From: an uncultured Prevotellaceae bacterium
Lineage (GTDB): Bacteria > Bacteroidota > Bacteroidia > Bacteroidales > Muribaculaceae
Assembly (NCBI GenBank): GCA_947165485.1
Contig: CAMVAP010000012.1
Location: 2,227 to 66,226 of the forward strand
Length of the DNA stretch: 64,000 bases
Reading direction: 5' to 3'
Both the position numbers and the translations under genes were made by a program. This document shows positions 1-9,498 of this stretch, one piece after another; the first letter of the stretch is position 1, and each line of letters starts with the position of its first letter. Below the pieces are notes generated by a model. That model saw only the letters and a list, made by a program, of their open reading frames with translations, was not told where the DNA came from and ran no database searches.

Positions 1-1332
1 ACCAGGAAGATCTGCGAGGCCCTGGGCTATGCCCACGACTTCTCGCTCTGGGAGAGCAGCGACTACCGCCACCTGTGGCTGATGAACACCACGCCATACG
101 CCAACAGCAACCGCACATGGGCGAGTGCTTTGCCGCATTGGACGGTGAACGAGTTCTTCCAGGAACTGGAGAAACTCCTGCTCTGTGAGTTCGACATTGA
201 CCACGCCCGCAGCACGATAGCCTGCACTGCGACCGCGGACAACATCGAGGCGGCGGGTGCCATCCACATCTCAAAGGTCGTGGACGCTTTCACCGTGGAG
301 GTCACCACCGACGAGGAGAAGAGCGGCTACAAGGCGATGCTCAACCAGGGCTACGCCGCCGGCGGCCACCGCCTTGACAACATCTACAGCTGCCCGTGGT
401 ACCTTGAGCAGATGACACAGGCCGACGGCACGGTAAGGTGCCGCAGCTATGCCACCCTCAACGAGCTGCTCAACAGCAACGTCCGCCAGGAGGCCCTGCC
501 CGACAGCGGAGGCTGCTGGGGCCTGCACTACGCCCAAGACGTGGACACCTACTTCGTGCTGGAGGTGATGCAAAGGGTAAAATACCGCACGGGCGGGCGC
601 GAGGAGTGGGACAACTGGGGCAACGTGACCCGGCTTGTCCCCATCAACCGCTTCGGCCCGCTGATCATCGACAAAGACCACCCCGACGACATCGACGAGA
701 TGAAGATAGTCCCTGCCTGGATCGATGAGACGGACGGCACCATCGGCAACCTGGTGTTCCTCGAGTGCGGCGAGACGGGAGAGGGCGACAGCGCCTATTC
801 CGACCAGACCCACACGGGCCGCCCCCGCTGGTCCGAGAAGGTGGACCAGGACGTGCCCATCCAGTGGGGAGCCCTGCCCACGGTCAGCGCAGGCAAGCGC
901 GAGAAGAGCGGCGCCGTGTTCGACAAACTGTTTGTCGCCTACTGGTGGGGCGACTACAGCCGCTTCGCCCCGAGGCTCCCGCATCCCTGGACCGACACCT
1001 TCGACGTGGACTACAGCTATTCGGCCCCCAATCCCAACAGCAACGCCGGGACGCTGCTGGTGACCTGGAAGCGCACCGACAGCGGCAAGGCCTGCTCGCT
1101 GCGCCTGAACAACGCCGCCTACGGCCAGGGCGTGGAGCGCCGCACCTACTATCCCGTCGACCAGAAGAAGAAATACACCTTCTCCTTCCTTGCCGACAAG
1201 ATCCCCAACGTCCGCTCCCTGTTCCACATCGACGGCAAACAGTACCTATGTGAAAAGATAACCGCGACATTCACCGAGGATGGAATGTCGCAGTTACTTC
1301 GCGGTACCTTCTTCAAGGTCGAGAAAGGGTAG
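1..1332 (+). CDS. 5'-truncated hypothetical protein, probable prophage virion/tail-associated protein
   Basis: Frame is open from position 1 (TRKICEALGYAHDF...) through the 82..1332 ORF to TAG at 1330-1332. GC-rich codon usage; abuts the integrase. Function is inferred from context only. Confidence 0.6.
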   Translation, partial: TRKICEALGYAHDFSLWESSDYRHLWLMNTTPYANSNRTWASALPHWTVNEFFQELEKLLLCEFDIDHARSTIACTATADNIEAAGAIHISKVVDAFTVEVTTDEEKSGYKAMLNQGYAAGGHRLDNIYSCPWYLEQMTQADGTVRCRSYATLNELLNSNVRQEALPDSGGCWGLHYAQDVDTYFVLEVMQRVKYRTGGREEWDNWGNVTRLVPINRFGPLIIDKDHPDDIDEMKIVPAWIDETDGTIGNLVFLECGETGEGDSAYSDQTHTGRPRWSEKVDQDVPIQWGALPTVSAGKREKSGAVFDKLFVAYWWGDYSRFAPRLPHPWTDTFDVDYSYSAPNPNSNAGTLLVTWKRTDSGKACSLRLNNAAYGQGVERRTYYPVDQKKKYTFSFLADKIPNVRSLFHIDGKQYLCEKITATFTEDGMSQLLRGTFFKVEKG

Positions 1333-1334
1333 GG

Positions 1335-2486
1335 TTACAATTCGCCCTCAAATACCTTTGTCACTTCGTGTACATCATTCGGGTGTACTTGTATGTATTT
1401 ATTCGTTGTGGACACATCGCTATGGCGTGCCTGATCGCGAGCCACAACGATGCCAGCATCATTAGCAAGATCACGGATGCCGCTATCCTTCAGAGAGTAG
1501 AATTGGTAACATTCTTCCCAACCTAATTCTTCACGCATCTTTTTCCAGCGGCGGTTGAATTGGTCAGCGTTGTAGCGATCTCTACGTGGCACAAAGCCAC
1601 GTCCAAACAGATAGAACTCGCCAGGCTGCTCCAGCACTTTCAAATCAATCATCAACCTACAGATGCGGCGATTGATGCCCACGTAGCCATCCTTGTGGTT
1701 CTTGCTGAAATCGCCAGAGACGAAGATGGTTTGATCCTTCAGTGACACATCCTTCACCTTCAGATGACTCAGTTCATTGGGTCGGATGAAGGTATAGTAT
1801 TCCAACTCGCAGGCGAGCAGGAAATGTGGGTCAGTCTCAAGAAGGTGGCGACGCATCGTAGCGAGTTTCTCTTTACTGAGATCCTTTCGAAACTTCGCGG
1901 TTTCTTTAAGAATCTCCACATCCTCAACAGGATTGACAGTTATGTACTTTCTCTTCTTAAGAAACTCGCTCAAACCATAGAGCCAAGAGCGGTAGTTGTT
2001 ACGGGTGCGGGCACTCGCATCACGATCCAATAAGAGCCAATCGAGAAAGTCAATAATCAAAGCCTGGTCGAATTGGTACACATACTTGGGCTGAATAACG
2101 AGAGTAGCCATGAACTCACGTAGAATGTTTACACTTGAATGATACCTCATGCGGGTCTTGTACCTGTCACCCTTCTTGTCAATATATTCCAGATAGCGGT
2201 CAAGACATTCCTGGATGGGGGTGAATCCACGACTCTCTTGAGTGTTGACCCAAGGGTTCCAGCCCTCACGCAATTGTCGCATGATTTGCTCGATAACCTC
2301 GGCTGCACGACGGCGTTTTTCAGCCTTTTTATCCAAACCGTCGAGCATGAATTTCTTGCGCCTCATCTCTCCCGAAACGGGATCAAGCGCATAGAAATCG
2401 ACATACCAATTCTTCCCTGTGTGCAGTTTAGGATAGGTGAATCCTATTAATTGAACTGTGGTTTTTGTTCTGGCGGAATATAACAT
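1335..2486 (-). CDS. Tyrosine-type site-specific recombinase/integrase
   Basis: N-terminal arm-binding-like region (WYVDFYALDP...RRKK), SAM-like core (RNNYRSWL), catalytic-domain motifs RPNEL, YSLKD, RHS and TTNKY. ATG at 2486 preferred over TTG at 2525. Confidence 0.92.
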   Translation of the reverse strand: MLYSARTKTTVQLIGFTYPKLHTGKNWYVDFYALDPVSGEMRRKKFMLDGLDKKAEKRRRAAEVIEQIMRQLREGWNPWVNTQESRGFTPIQECLDRYLEYIDKKGDRYKTRMRYHSSVNILREFMATLVIQPKYVYQFDQALIIDFLDWLLLDRDASARTRNNYRSWLYGLSEFLKKRKYITVNPVEDVEILKETAKFRKDLSKEKLATMRRHLLETDPHFLLACELEYYTFIRPNELSHLKVKDVSLKDQTIFVSGDFSKNHKDGYVGINRRICRLMIDLKVLEQPGEFYLFGRGFVPRRDRYNADQFNRRWKKMREELGWEECYQFYSLKDSGIRDLANDAGIVVARDQARHSDVSTTNKYIQVHPNDVHEVTKVFEGEL

Positions 2487-2552
2487 TTTTTTACATTTTT
2501 TATCGCGCCTTAACTGGTGTTCCAAAAAATGCTAAACTGTTATCTAATTTTT

Positions 2553-2572
2553 ATCGTCCGAAAATCGTCCGA
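2553..2572. repeat. Direct repeat ATCGTCCGA x2 with 11-bp period; possible integrase arm-type sites
   Basis: ATCGTCCGA at 2553-2561 and 2564-2572, between the tRNA 3' end and the integrase start. Confidence 0.45.
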
Positions 2573-2573
2573 C

Positions 2574-2623
2574 CAAAAAAGAAAAAATTGGGTTAATTAC
2601 TTGATTACCAAGCAACTAACCCA
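2574..2623 (-). terminator. Intrinsic terminator downstream of tRNA-Ser
   Basis: Minus strand TGGGTTAGTTGCTTG-GTAAT-CAAGTAATTAACCCA forms a 15-bp stem with two G-U pairs, followed by a T-rich run. Confidence 0.7.
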
Positions 2624-2630
2624 CATTCTG

Positions 2631-2716
2631 CGGAAAGGGAGGGATTCGAACCCACGGTACGCAAAGCGTACAACGGTTTTCGAGACCGCCCCGATCGACC
2701 ACTCCGGCACCTTTCC
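2631..2716 (-). tRNA. tRNA-Ser (anticodon CGA), CCA not encoded
   Basis: Reverse complement GGAAAGGTGCCGGAGTGGTCGATCGGGGCGGTCTCGAAAACCG...GGGTTCGAATCCCTCCCTTTCCG shows acceptor stem GGAAAGG/CCTTTCC, anticodon loop CTCGAAA, long variable arm and TTCGAA T-loop. Confidence 0.96.
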
Positions 2717-2754
2717 AGTCTTGCCCTCGGGATGTTATCCCCCAAAAGCGGGTG

Positions 2755-2785
2755 CAAAGTTAGGGCAAATTTTCCACCCGACAAA
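2755..2785 (-). promoter_or_regulatory. Bacteroidetes sigma-A promoter for tRNA-Ser
   Basis: -7 TAACTTTG (2755-2762) and -33 TTTG (2782-2785) with a 19-nt spacer. Confidence 0.7.
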
Positions 2786-2791
2786 ATATTT

Positions 2792-3436
2792 TCAGAGGTT
2801 TTTGAGCCCTTCGATGGTTTTGATGGGGTCTTCTGCCCCAAAAACATAGCTGCCTGCAACAAGGATATCGGCACCCGCCTCAGCGAGTTGAGCGCCAGTG
2901 ACATTGTTCACGCCGCCGTCAATCTCGATTTGGGCATTGGAGCCGTTGAGGGCGATGAGTTGCCGCAATTCACGCACCTTGTTCAACGTCTGGACGATGA
3001 ATTTTTGTCCGCCAAAGCCTGGGTTAACCGACATCAGCAGCACCAGGTCCACGTCACAGATGATGTCACGCAGCATCATCACTGGAGTGGCGGGGTTGAG
3101 GGCCACACCTGCTTGCATACCTGCATCATGAATCTGTTGCACGACGCGGTTCAGGTGGATACACGCCTCCTGGTGCACGGTCATGATGCGGGTGCCGCAG
3201 TCGCGCACCTGGGGAATGAACTTCTGTGGCTCGACAATCATCAGGTGCACGTCCAGTGGCTTGTCGCACAGGCGCTGCACGTGCTTGATGACGGGAAAAC
3301 CAAACGAGATGTTGGGCACAAACACGCCGTCCATCACGTCGAGGTGCAGCAGGTCGGCATCGCTGTGGTTGATCATGTCAATGTCCTTGGCCAGGTTGCC
3401 AAAGTCGGCTGACAACAGTGAGGGGGAGACTTTCAT
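2792..3436 (-). CDS. rpe: Ribulose-phosphate 3-epimerase
   Basis: VSPSLLSADF, HLDVMDGVFVPNISFG, DVHLMI, MSVNPGFGGQKF and IEIDGG motifs; ATG at 3436. Confidence 0.97.
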   Translation of the reverse strand: MKVSPSLLSADFGNLAKDIDMINHSDADLLHLDVMDGVFVPNISFGFPVIKHVQRLCDKPLDVHLMIVEPQKFIPQVRDCGTRIMTVHQEACIHLNRVVQQIHDAGMQAGVALNPATPVMMLRDIICDVDLVLLMSVNPGFGGQKFIVQTLNKVRELRQLIALNGSNAQIEIDGGVNNVTGAQLAEAGADILVAGSYVFGAEDPIKTIEGLKNL

Positions 3437-3437
3437 T

Positions 3438-4172
3438 TTATAGTTGTTGGTTGTTAGTGGATGGGCGTTTCTTGATGGCTTGATAGGCAAGGAACAGGAC
3501 GATGGCGATGGCCAGCGCATAGCCTGCCCACGACAGGTACCGGTTGTAGTGCTCCAACTGGGCCAGCAATTCCTGCTCGGGGAAGTGAAGACTCAGCCAG
3601 TAGCCCAGTGCTGCCAGTACCACGTTCCAGATGCCGGCACCCAGCGAGGTGAACAGGGCAAAGGTGCCGAAGTTCATGCGCGACAAGCCCGCGGGAATGG
3701 AGATGAGCTGGCGGATGGCGGGAATCAATCGGCCCAGGAAGGTCGATATGGCACCGTGACGGTCAAAGTAGGCCTCGGCCTTCTGCACTTTTTCGGCATC
3801 GATGAGGCACATGTGCCCGATGCGGCTGTTGGCAAAGGCATAGACCACAGGGCGCCCGATGAGCAGTGACAGCACATAGTTGATCACGGCGCCGATGAGT
3901 GCGCCCAGTGTGGCGATGACGACGATCATGATGAGGTTCAGATCGCCATTGCGGGCGGCAAAATAGGCCGCGGGCGGAATCACCACCTCGCTGGGGAAGG
4001 GGATGAATGAACTCTCAATCGCCATCAGCAGCAGGATGGTGCCGTAGGTCAAATGCTCCTTGTACCAGTTGTAAATCGTCACGATGTCGTGAGGCATATA
4101 GAAGATGATGGCTACTGCCGCAGCAAGTAGCACCAGCAAAATCACAATCAGTTGTATCGTGTCCTTTTTCAT
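3438..4172 (-). CDS. DedA family membrane protein
   Basis: IESSFIPFPSEVVIPPAAY and F(L)GRLIPAIRQLISIPAGLSRM DedA motifs; ATG at 4172. Confidence 0.92.
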   Translation of the reverse strand: MKKDTIQLIVILLVLLAAAVAIIFYMPHDIVTIYNWYKEHLTYGTILLLMAIESSFIPFPSEVVIPPAAYFAARNGDLNLIMIVVIATLGALIGAVINYVLSLLIGRPVVYAFANSRIGHMCLIDAEKVQKAEAYFDRHGAISTFLGRLIPAIRQLISIPAGLSRMNFGTFALFTSLGAGIWNVVLAALGYWLSLHFPEQELLAQLEHYNRYLSWAGYALAIAIVLFLAYQAIKKRPSTNNQQL

Positions 4173-4179
4173 AACATGC

Positions 4180-5262
4180 TCATTTATCAGTTGTTTTTCC
4201 TGACGCCTCTTCTTCGGTGGGCTGGGTAGGGGAGAAGGCGTTCCAGCCCTGGGCTTGGATGGCGACTTCCTGGCTGTCACGGGTCACCATGTAAGCGCCC
4301 AGGTCGGGTTTGGTGATGTGGCCAATCAGGCGGGCGGTCTTCATGCGCGCCACCTTGTCATGGTCGGCCAGCGGGACGGTGAACAGCAGTTCATAGTCCT
4401 CTCCACCATTCATGGCGGCGGTGACCAGGTTCATGTTCAACTCCTCGGCCATGAGTGCCGTCTGGTAGTCGATGGGGATGCGGTCCTCATACACGCGGCA
4501 TCCCACGCCCGAGTCCTTGCAGATGTGCAGCAGCTCGCTCGACAGGCCATCGCTCACGTCCATCATGGCCGTGGGACGAATACCCAGTTCCTGCAACTCC
4601 TGTATCACATCACGGCGGGCCTCCGGCTTGAGTTGGCGCTCGATGATGTATTCTTTTCCCGCAAAATCGGGCTCAAATTCCTTGTCCTTCATCTCGGCGC
4701 TCACGCGGCGTTCACGTTCCAGCAGTTGCAGGCCCATGTAGGCCGCGCCCAGGTTGCCGCTCACGCAGATGAGGTCGGTATCCTTGGCCCCCGTGCGATA
4801 GACGATGTCGTCATGGGCGGCCTCGCCCAGGCAGGTCACACTGATGATGAGCCCCGTGACCGATGCGCTCGTGTCGCCACCCACCAGGTCCACGCCATAG
4901 TGTTCACAGGCGATGCGCATTCCCTCATAGAGTTGTTCGATGTGCTCCAGGGTGAAGCGTTTGCTGATGCCCAGCGACACCGTTACTTGTCGAGGTGTGC
5001 CATTCATGGCGTACACGTCACTCAGGTTGACCACAATCGCCTTGTAGCCCAGGTGCATCAGCGGCACATAGGTCAAGTCGAAGTGGATGCCCTCAAGCAG
5101 CAGGTCGGTAGTGACCAGCGTCTCGCGGTCCTTGCCATAGTTGATGACGGCACAATCATCGCCCACACCACGACGTGTGGACTCATTGCGCACAGGGAAC
5201 GAGCGGGTGAGGTGTTCAATCAGCCCAAACTCGCCCATCGTCGAAATCTCGGTTTCCTTCAT
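4180..5262 (-). CDS. thiL: Thiamine-monophosphate kinase
   Basis: GEFGLIE, GVGDDCAV, TTDLLLEGIHF, NLSDVYAMNG, DVSDGL and GGEDYELLFT motifs. Confidence 0.96.
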   Translation of the reverse strand: MKETEISTMGEFGLIEHLTRSFPVRNESTRRGVGDDCAVINYGKDRETLVTTDLLLEGIHFDLTYVPLMHLGYKAIVVNLSDVYAMNGTPRQVTVSLGISKRFTLEHIEQLYEGMRIACEHYGVDLVGGDTSASVTGLIISVTCLGEAAHDDIVYRTGAKDTDLICVSGNLGAAYMGLQLLERERRVSAEMKDKEFEPDFAGKEYIIERQLKPEARRDVIQELQELGIRPTAMMDVSDGLSSELLHICKDSGVGCRVYEDRIPIDYQTALMAEELNMNLVTAAMNGGEDYELLFTVPLADHDKVARMKTARLIGHITKPDLGAYMVTRDSQEVAIQAQGWNAFSPTQPTEEEASGKTTDK

Positions 5263-5336
5263 GATGTTCAGTGGTCAGTCTCTATAATCCGTATGATTTC
5301 CGTAATCTCGGTTTAATCCGTTATTTCCGCTTGAGA

Positions 5337-6179
5337 TCAAAGCTCGTCAAAGCGGTTGATGATTTCCTGCACCAGCATCGCCATGATGGGCTGAGCGGCG
5401 GCGGCTGCCTTCTGCACCTCCTCGTGTGAGGCGCGCTCGACGATACCTTCCACGCCCAGGTCGGTGATGACCGAGATGCCAAACACCTCCATGTCGGCAT
5501 GGCGCGCCACGATGACCTCGGGAACAGTGCTCATGCCCACGGCGTCACCGCCAATGCGCCAGAAGTAGCGGTACTCGGCAGGTGTCTCAAATGTGGGACC
5601 CTGAGTGCCCACATACACACCCTCCATCAGGCGGATGCCCTTCTCCTTGGCAATGTCGCGGGCCATCTGGATCAGGCGGGGGCTGTAGGCATCAACCATT
5701 GCCGGGAAGCGGGGACCCAGCTCGTCGATGTTCTTGCCGTGCAGGGGATGCTCGGGAAAGACGTTGATATGGTCGGTGATGACCATCAGGTCGCCCACCT
5801 TGAAGTCGGGATTCATGCCGCCCGAGGCGTTGGACACAAACACGGTCTTGATGCCGATGGCCTTCATCACCCTCACGGGGAAGGTCACCTCTTGCATGGT
5901 ATAGCCCTCATAGTAATGGAAACGGCCTTGCATGGCCATGACATATTTGTTGCCCAGGGTGCCAAAGATCAGGCGGCCCTTGTGGCCCTGAACGGTCGAG
6001 ACGGGGAAGTTGGGCACCTCGCTATAAGGGATCTCAACTTCAATATTGATGTGGTCCACCACTGCGCCCAGGCCGGTGCCCAGGATGATGGCGGTCTTGG
6101 GCAGCTTGCCGTTCACACGCTGCTTGATAAATGCGCTGGTCTCTTGGATTCTCTCCAGCCAGTTGATTTCTTGTGCCAT
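5337..6179 (-). CDS. punA: Purine-nucleoside phosphorylase (trimeric type)
   Basis: ILGTGLG, GRFHYYEGY, GPTFETPAE and GDAVGMSTVPEVIVARH motifs; ATG at 6179. Confidence 0.96.
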   Translation of the reverse strand: MAQEINWLERIQETSAFIKQRVNGKLPKTAIILGTGLGAVVDHINIEVEIPYSEVPNFPVSTVQGHKGRLIFGTLGNKYVMAMQGRFHYYEGYTMQEVTFPVRVMKAIGIKTVFVSNASGGMNPDFKVGDLMVITDHINVFPEHPLHGKNIDELGPRFPAMVDAYSPRLIQMARDIAKEKGIRLMEGVYVGTQGPTFETPAEYRYFWRIGGDAVGMSTVPEVIVARHADMEVFGISVITDLGVEGIVERASHEEVQKAAAAAQPIMAMLVQEIINRFDEL

Positions 6180-6225
6180 AGGATAGTCTATTAATTGTTG
6201 TTGAATGATTGTCTGTGATAAATGA

Positions 6226-7365
6226 TCAGATGGTAATGGACTGGTCATCCTGCTTGTCGATGCGCTGCACCAGGTCCTCGATAAACCCCGCACCTTCCAT
6301 CTCAAGGAAACCCACGCGCATGGGAATGTAGTAGATGATATTGCGCTTGGTGGGAGGGAAGTAAGGATTGTTGAGGATGCGCACAGCGTCCTTCTCGGTC
6401 GTGATGATGAACTTGCGCTTACCTTCCAGACTGTTGAACACCTTGAAGATGTCGCTAAAGTCCCTGCGTGTGAAGAAATGGTGGTCGTCAAAGTGCATCA
6501 CCTTGATCGACGCGGGGAATTGCCGCAGATACCGGACAAGGGGCTTGGGTGTGGCGATTCCCGTCAAGCACAGGATGGCATCGTCATCGCGGAGCCATTG
6601 CAGGGAGGTGAGCTGGGGTGACTGGATAGGGAACACGGGTACCGGGTCGGCATACCGGATGTTGCTGAAGAACAGTTGTTGTGAAGGTGGCGGGAACATA
6701 TACTGGTCCAGGTTCTTCTTCATCATCCTGATGTCCATGGCCGTTAGGTCGGTAGGACACTTGGTCACCACTACGATGTCACTCCTGGTGATACTGGTTG
6801 ACGGCTCGCGCAACGTGCCCAGCGGCATCAGTTTGTCTTCATAGCAGGGCCTGTTGTAATCCATCAACAGGATGCTCACCTTGGGCTTCACATAGCGGTG
6901 CTGGAAGCCGTCATCAAGCAGGATGAGGTTGATGTCGGGGTCGATGCGCAACAGCTCGCGGATGCCCTTGCGGCGCCTCTCGCACACGGCAAGGGTGATC
7001 AGCCCACCGTACTTGCGGTAGATCTGGTAGGGCTCATCACCGATGTCGCGTGGCGTCATGTTGTTGCTGGCAAGGATAAAGCCCTTGGTCTTGCGTTTGT
7101 ATCCGCGGCTCAGTACCGCCACATGATAGCGGCGGTACAACGCTTCGATGATATACTCCACATGAGGCGTCTTGCCCGTTCCTCCAACGGTGATATTTCC
7201 CACCGATACCACGGGAACGTCAAACTCCTCCTGCGGCAGCAATCCCAAGTCAAATGCCTTGTTGCGTAACCACACGCCGGCGCCATATCCCCACGAGAAT
7301 GGCGTCAGCAGTGCGTCCATGATAGACTTGCGTTGTTCTTTGTTTAATAACTTGGAAAGGTCCAT
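6226..7365 (-). CDS. lpxK: Tetraacyldisaccharide 4'-kinase
   Basis: VGNITVGGTGKTP, LSRGYKR, GDEP, LDDGFQH, PLGTLRE and TTEKDAVR motifs. Confidence 0.96.
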   Translation of the reverse strand: MDLSKLLNKEQRKSIMDALLTPFSWGYGAGVWLRNKAFDLGLLPQEEFDVPVVSVGNITVGGTGKTPHVEYIIEALYRRYHVAVLSRGYKRKTKGFILASNNMTPRDIGDEPYQIYRKYGGLITLAVCERRRKGIRELLRIDPDINLILLDDGFQHRYVKPKVSILLMDYNRPCYEDKLMPLGTLREPSTSITRSDIVVVTKCPTDLTAMDIRMMKKNLDQYMFPPPSQQLFFSNIRYADPVPVFPIQSPQLTSLQWLRDDDAILCLTGIATPKPLVRYLRQFPASIKVMHFDDHHFFTRRDFSDIFKVFNSLEGKRKFIITTEKDAVRILNNPYFPPTKRNIIYYIPMRVGFLEMEGAGFIEDLVQRIDKQDDQSITI

Positions 7366-7452
7366 TTTGTGACGTTAGACTTTAGACCTTAAGATGTTTG
7401 TTGATATACAATAAGTTAGTTCTTGACACTTGGATGGTATCGTTGGGTAGCT

Positions 7453-9246
7453 TTAATACCGGATGTCCTGGACAGGCATCAGGCACAGGATGTGGTCACG
7501 CCTCAAGATGCGCTGCATCTCCTGGTGCCACTCATAGAGCGGTCCCAGCTCTTCCTTGAGACGGGCCTCATAGCTGGTATTCATGTACTTCTCCAACAAG
7601 GCCTCAAAACGGTCCTTGACTTCAGGATAGTTCTGGGTCTCATAGTCGTCGCCCATCTTCAGCTTCTTGGCCACCCAGGCGGTAGCCTCCTTGATGCCTC
7701 CAAACTCGTCCACAAGACCAATCTGCTTGGCCGTCACGGCGTCCCACACGCGACCCTCGGCAATCTTCTTGATGGAGTCTTGGCTCATGTGGCGGCCATC
7801 GGCACAACGCTTGGTGAACAACTCATAACCCTCGTTGACCATCTTCTGCAATGCGGCCAGCTGGACGGGAGTGAGTTTGGAGCCCATAGCCCCCATGTCG
7901 CTGTTCTCGTTGGTCTTGACCGATGCCATGTGGATACCTATCTTGTTCTCCACGAGTTGGTTAAAAGAAGGAATCATGCCAAAGATGCCGATCGATCCTG
8001 TGATCGTGGTGCGCTCGGCAAAGATGCGGTCGGCGTTACAGGAGATATAGTAACCACCCGAGGCGGCATAGTCGCCCATCGACACGGCAACAGGCTTGCC
8101 GGCAGCCTTGAAGTCCTGTACGGCCTTCCAGATCTGTTCGCTGGCAAAGGCGCTACCGCCAGGCGAGTTCACCCTGAGCACCATGCCCTTGACGTTGTCG
8201 TCATCCTTGAGACGCAGGATCGTCTTGGACAACTCCTGGCCGTTGATCTCGGTGTTGCCATCGCCGGTAGTGCTGCTGATTTCGCCCACTGCATAGACGA
8301 TTGCGATGTGCTCGCCCATGGCGATATTGTCGAGCGATGATACCAGATCGCCGGGAGTCACATAATTCAGTTCCTCATCTTTCTTGACCTGGGTGCGGGC
8401 TTTCAGTATGTTGTCCATCTCATTGCTGTACACCAGCTTGTCCACCAGCTTGCTCTTGAGCAGGTCCTGGGTGTTGAAACAGAATACCACACTGTCGCAC
8501 AAGGAGTTTAACGCATCCGACGTCATCTTGCGGTCGGCAGCGATGCTGTCGCGCATCTCTTTCCAGATGGCTCCCAGGTAGTGCTCGGTCTGCAAGCGGT
8601 TGGCCTCGCTCATGTCTTCGAGCATGTAAGGCTCAACTGCGCTCTTGAATGTGCCCACGCGCACCACTTGCATCTCCACTCCGATCTTGTCGAGCGCTTT
8701 CTTGAAATAGGGGATGACCGAGCCCATGCCGTGCAGGTCAACCGACCCCACCGGGTTGAGGTAAATGCTGTCGGCAACGCTGGCCAGGTAATAGTCGGCC
8801 TGGTTAATGCCCTCGTAGCCGTAGGCTGCAATCCACTTTCCGCTCTTCTTGAACTTCTTGAGCGCGCTGCGTAGTTTCTCTAGTGTGGCAGGAGCGGCAC
8901 TAACGCCATTGCACTCGATGTAGATGCCGTCCACCTTGTCGTTCTGGGCAGCATTGTCGATGGCTGCTACCAGCGTGTTCAAGCCCGTGGATGAGGGCAG
9001 ACCTTCATTTTGCAGCAATGACATCATATCAATAGGTTCAGAATTGTCGCGCTCACTGATGTTCATCCCCAAGTCGAGCTTGAGGATTGAGTGCTTGCTC
9101 ACGCTCACATTGCTCTTGCTGCCTCCCATTGCCATTGACCCCATGATGCCAAAACTCATGATGATGCCAACAATCATGAAAATCAGGAATGCCAGAAACG
9201 CCCCCACAAAGGAGCCGCACACGATAAGCAGAAATTTCTTCATCAT
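7453..9246 (-). CDS. sppA: Signal peptide peptidase SppA (67-kDa type)
   Basis: N-terminal TM segment, RVGTFKSAVEP, RVNSPGGSAFAS, SMGDYAASGGYYI, TITGSIGIFG and GRVW motifs. Confidence 0.96.
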   Translation of the reverse strand: MMKKFLLIVCGSFVGAFLAFLIFMIVGIIMSFGIMGSMAMGGSKSNVSVSKHSILKLDLGMNISERDNSEPIDMMSLLQNEGLPSSTGLNTLVAAIDNAAQNDKVDGIYIECNGVSAAPATLEKLRSALKKFKKSGKWIAAYGYEGINQADYYLASVADSIYLNPVGSVDLHGMGSVIPYFKKALDKIGVEMQVVRVGTFKSAVEPYMLEDMSEANRLQTEHYLGAIWKEMRDSIAADRKMTSDALNSLCDSVVFCFNTQDLLKSKLVDKLVYSNEMDNILKARTQVKKDEELNYVTPGDLVSSLDNIAMGEHIAIVYAVGEISSTTGDGNTEINGQELSKTILRLKDDDNVKGMVLRVNSPGGSAFASEQIWKAVQDFKAAGKPVAVSMGDYAASGGYYISCNADRIFAERTTITGSIGIFGMIPSFNQLVENKIGIHMASVKTNENSDMGAMGSKLTPVQLAALQKMVNEGYELFTKRCADGRHMSQDSIKKIAEGRVWDAVTAKQIGLVDEFGGIKEATAWVAKKLKMGDDYETQNYPEVKDRFEALLEKYMNTSYEARLKEELGPLYEWHQEMQRILRRDHILCLMPVQDIRY

Positions 9247-9404
9247 AATAATATATTATTAGAGATGTTAATAATCTTGAATAAGTTATTTAAAATCAAA
9301 CCATTGCGGCACCTGTGCCGTCTGTTGCCATCGCATTGCAGTGGTCTAAAATACAAAGGTAACGCATTTTCCCGACAAATAAGCAATTTCAAGCCCAAAT
9401 ATTT

Positions 9405-9498
9405 TGGTTTTTCAGTTTTCAGTCATTAGAATTTAGAATGCGGATGCCACTAACAACTAACAACTAACAACTAACAACTAACAACTAACAACTAACAA
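9405..9498 (+). repeat. Heptamer-array element copy 1: degenerate TTTTCAG/TTTAGAA units, TGCGGATGCCA core, then (CTAACAA)7
   Basis: Core at 9439-9449; seven perfect CTAACAA units at 9450-9498. Confidence 0.9.

Larger units (their letters stand above)
1..2631. mobile_element. Terminal part of a prophage/integrative element inserted at the 3' end of tRNA-Ser(CGA); continues beyond the left edge
   Basis: Tyrosine integrase lies directly downstream of a tRNA 3' end. The adjacent convergent gene has no housekeeping similarity and looks like a phage structural gene. The second att copy is not in the window. Confidence 0.8.

Noticed and set aside
1-1332. Diversity-generating retroelement target in the phage gene
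   Set aside because: No template repeat or reverse transcriptase in the window and no adenine-specific repeat pair; cannot be assessed beyond the left edge.
7371-7394. GTTAGAC TTTAGAC CTTAAGA between sppA and lpxK as another heptamer array
   Set aside because: Only three degenerate units; suggestive of the same family but too short to support as a feature.
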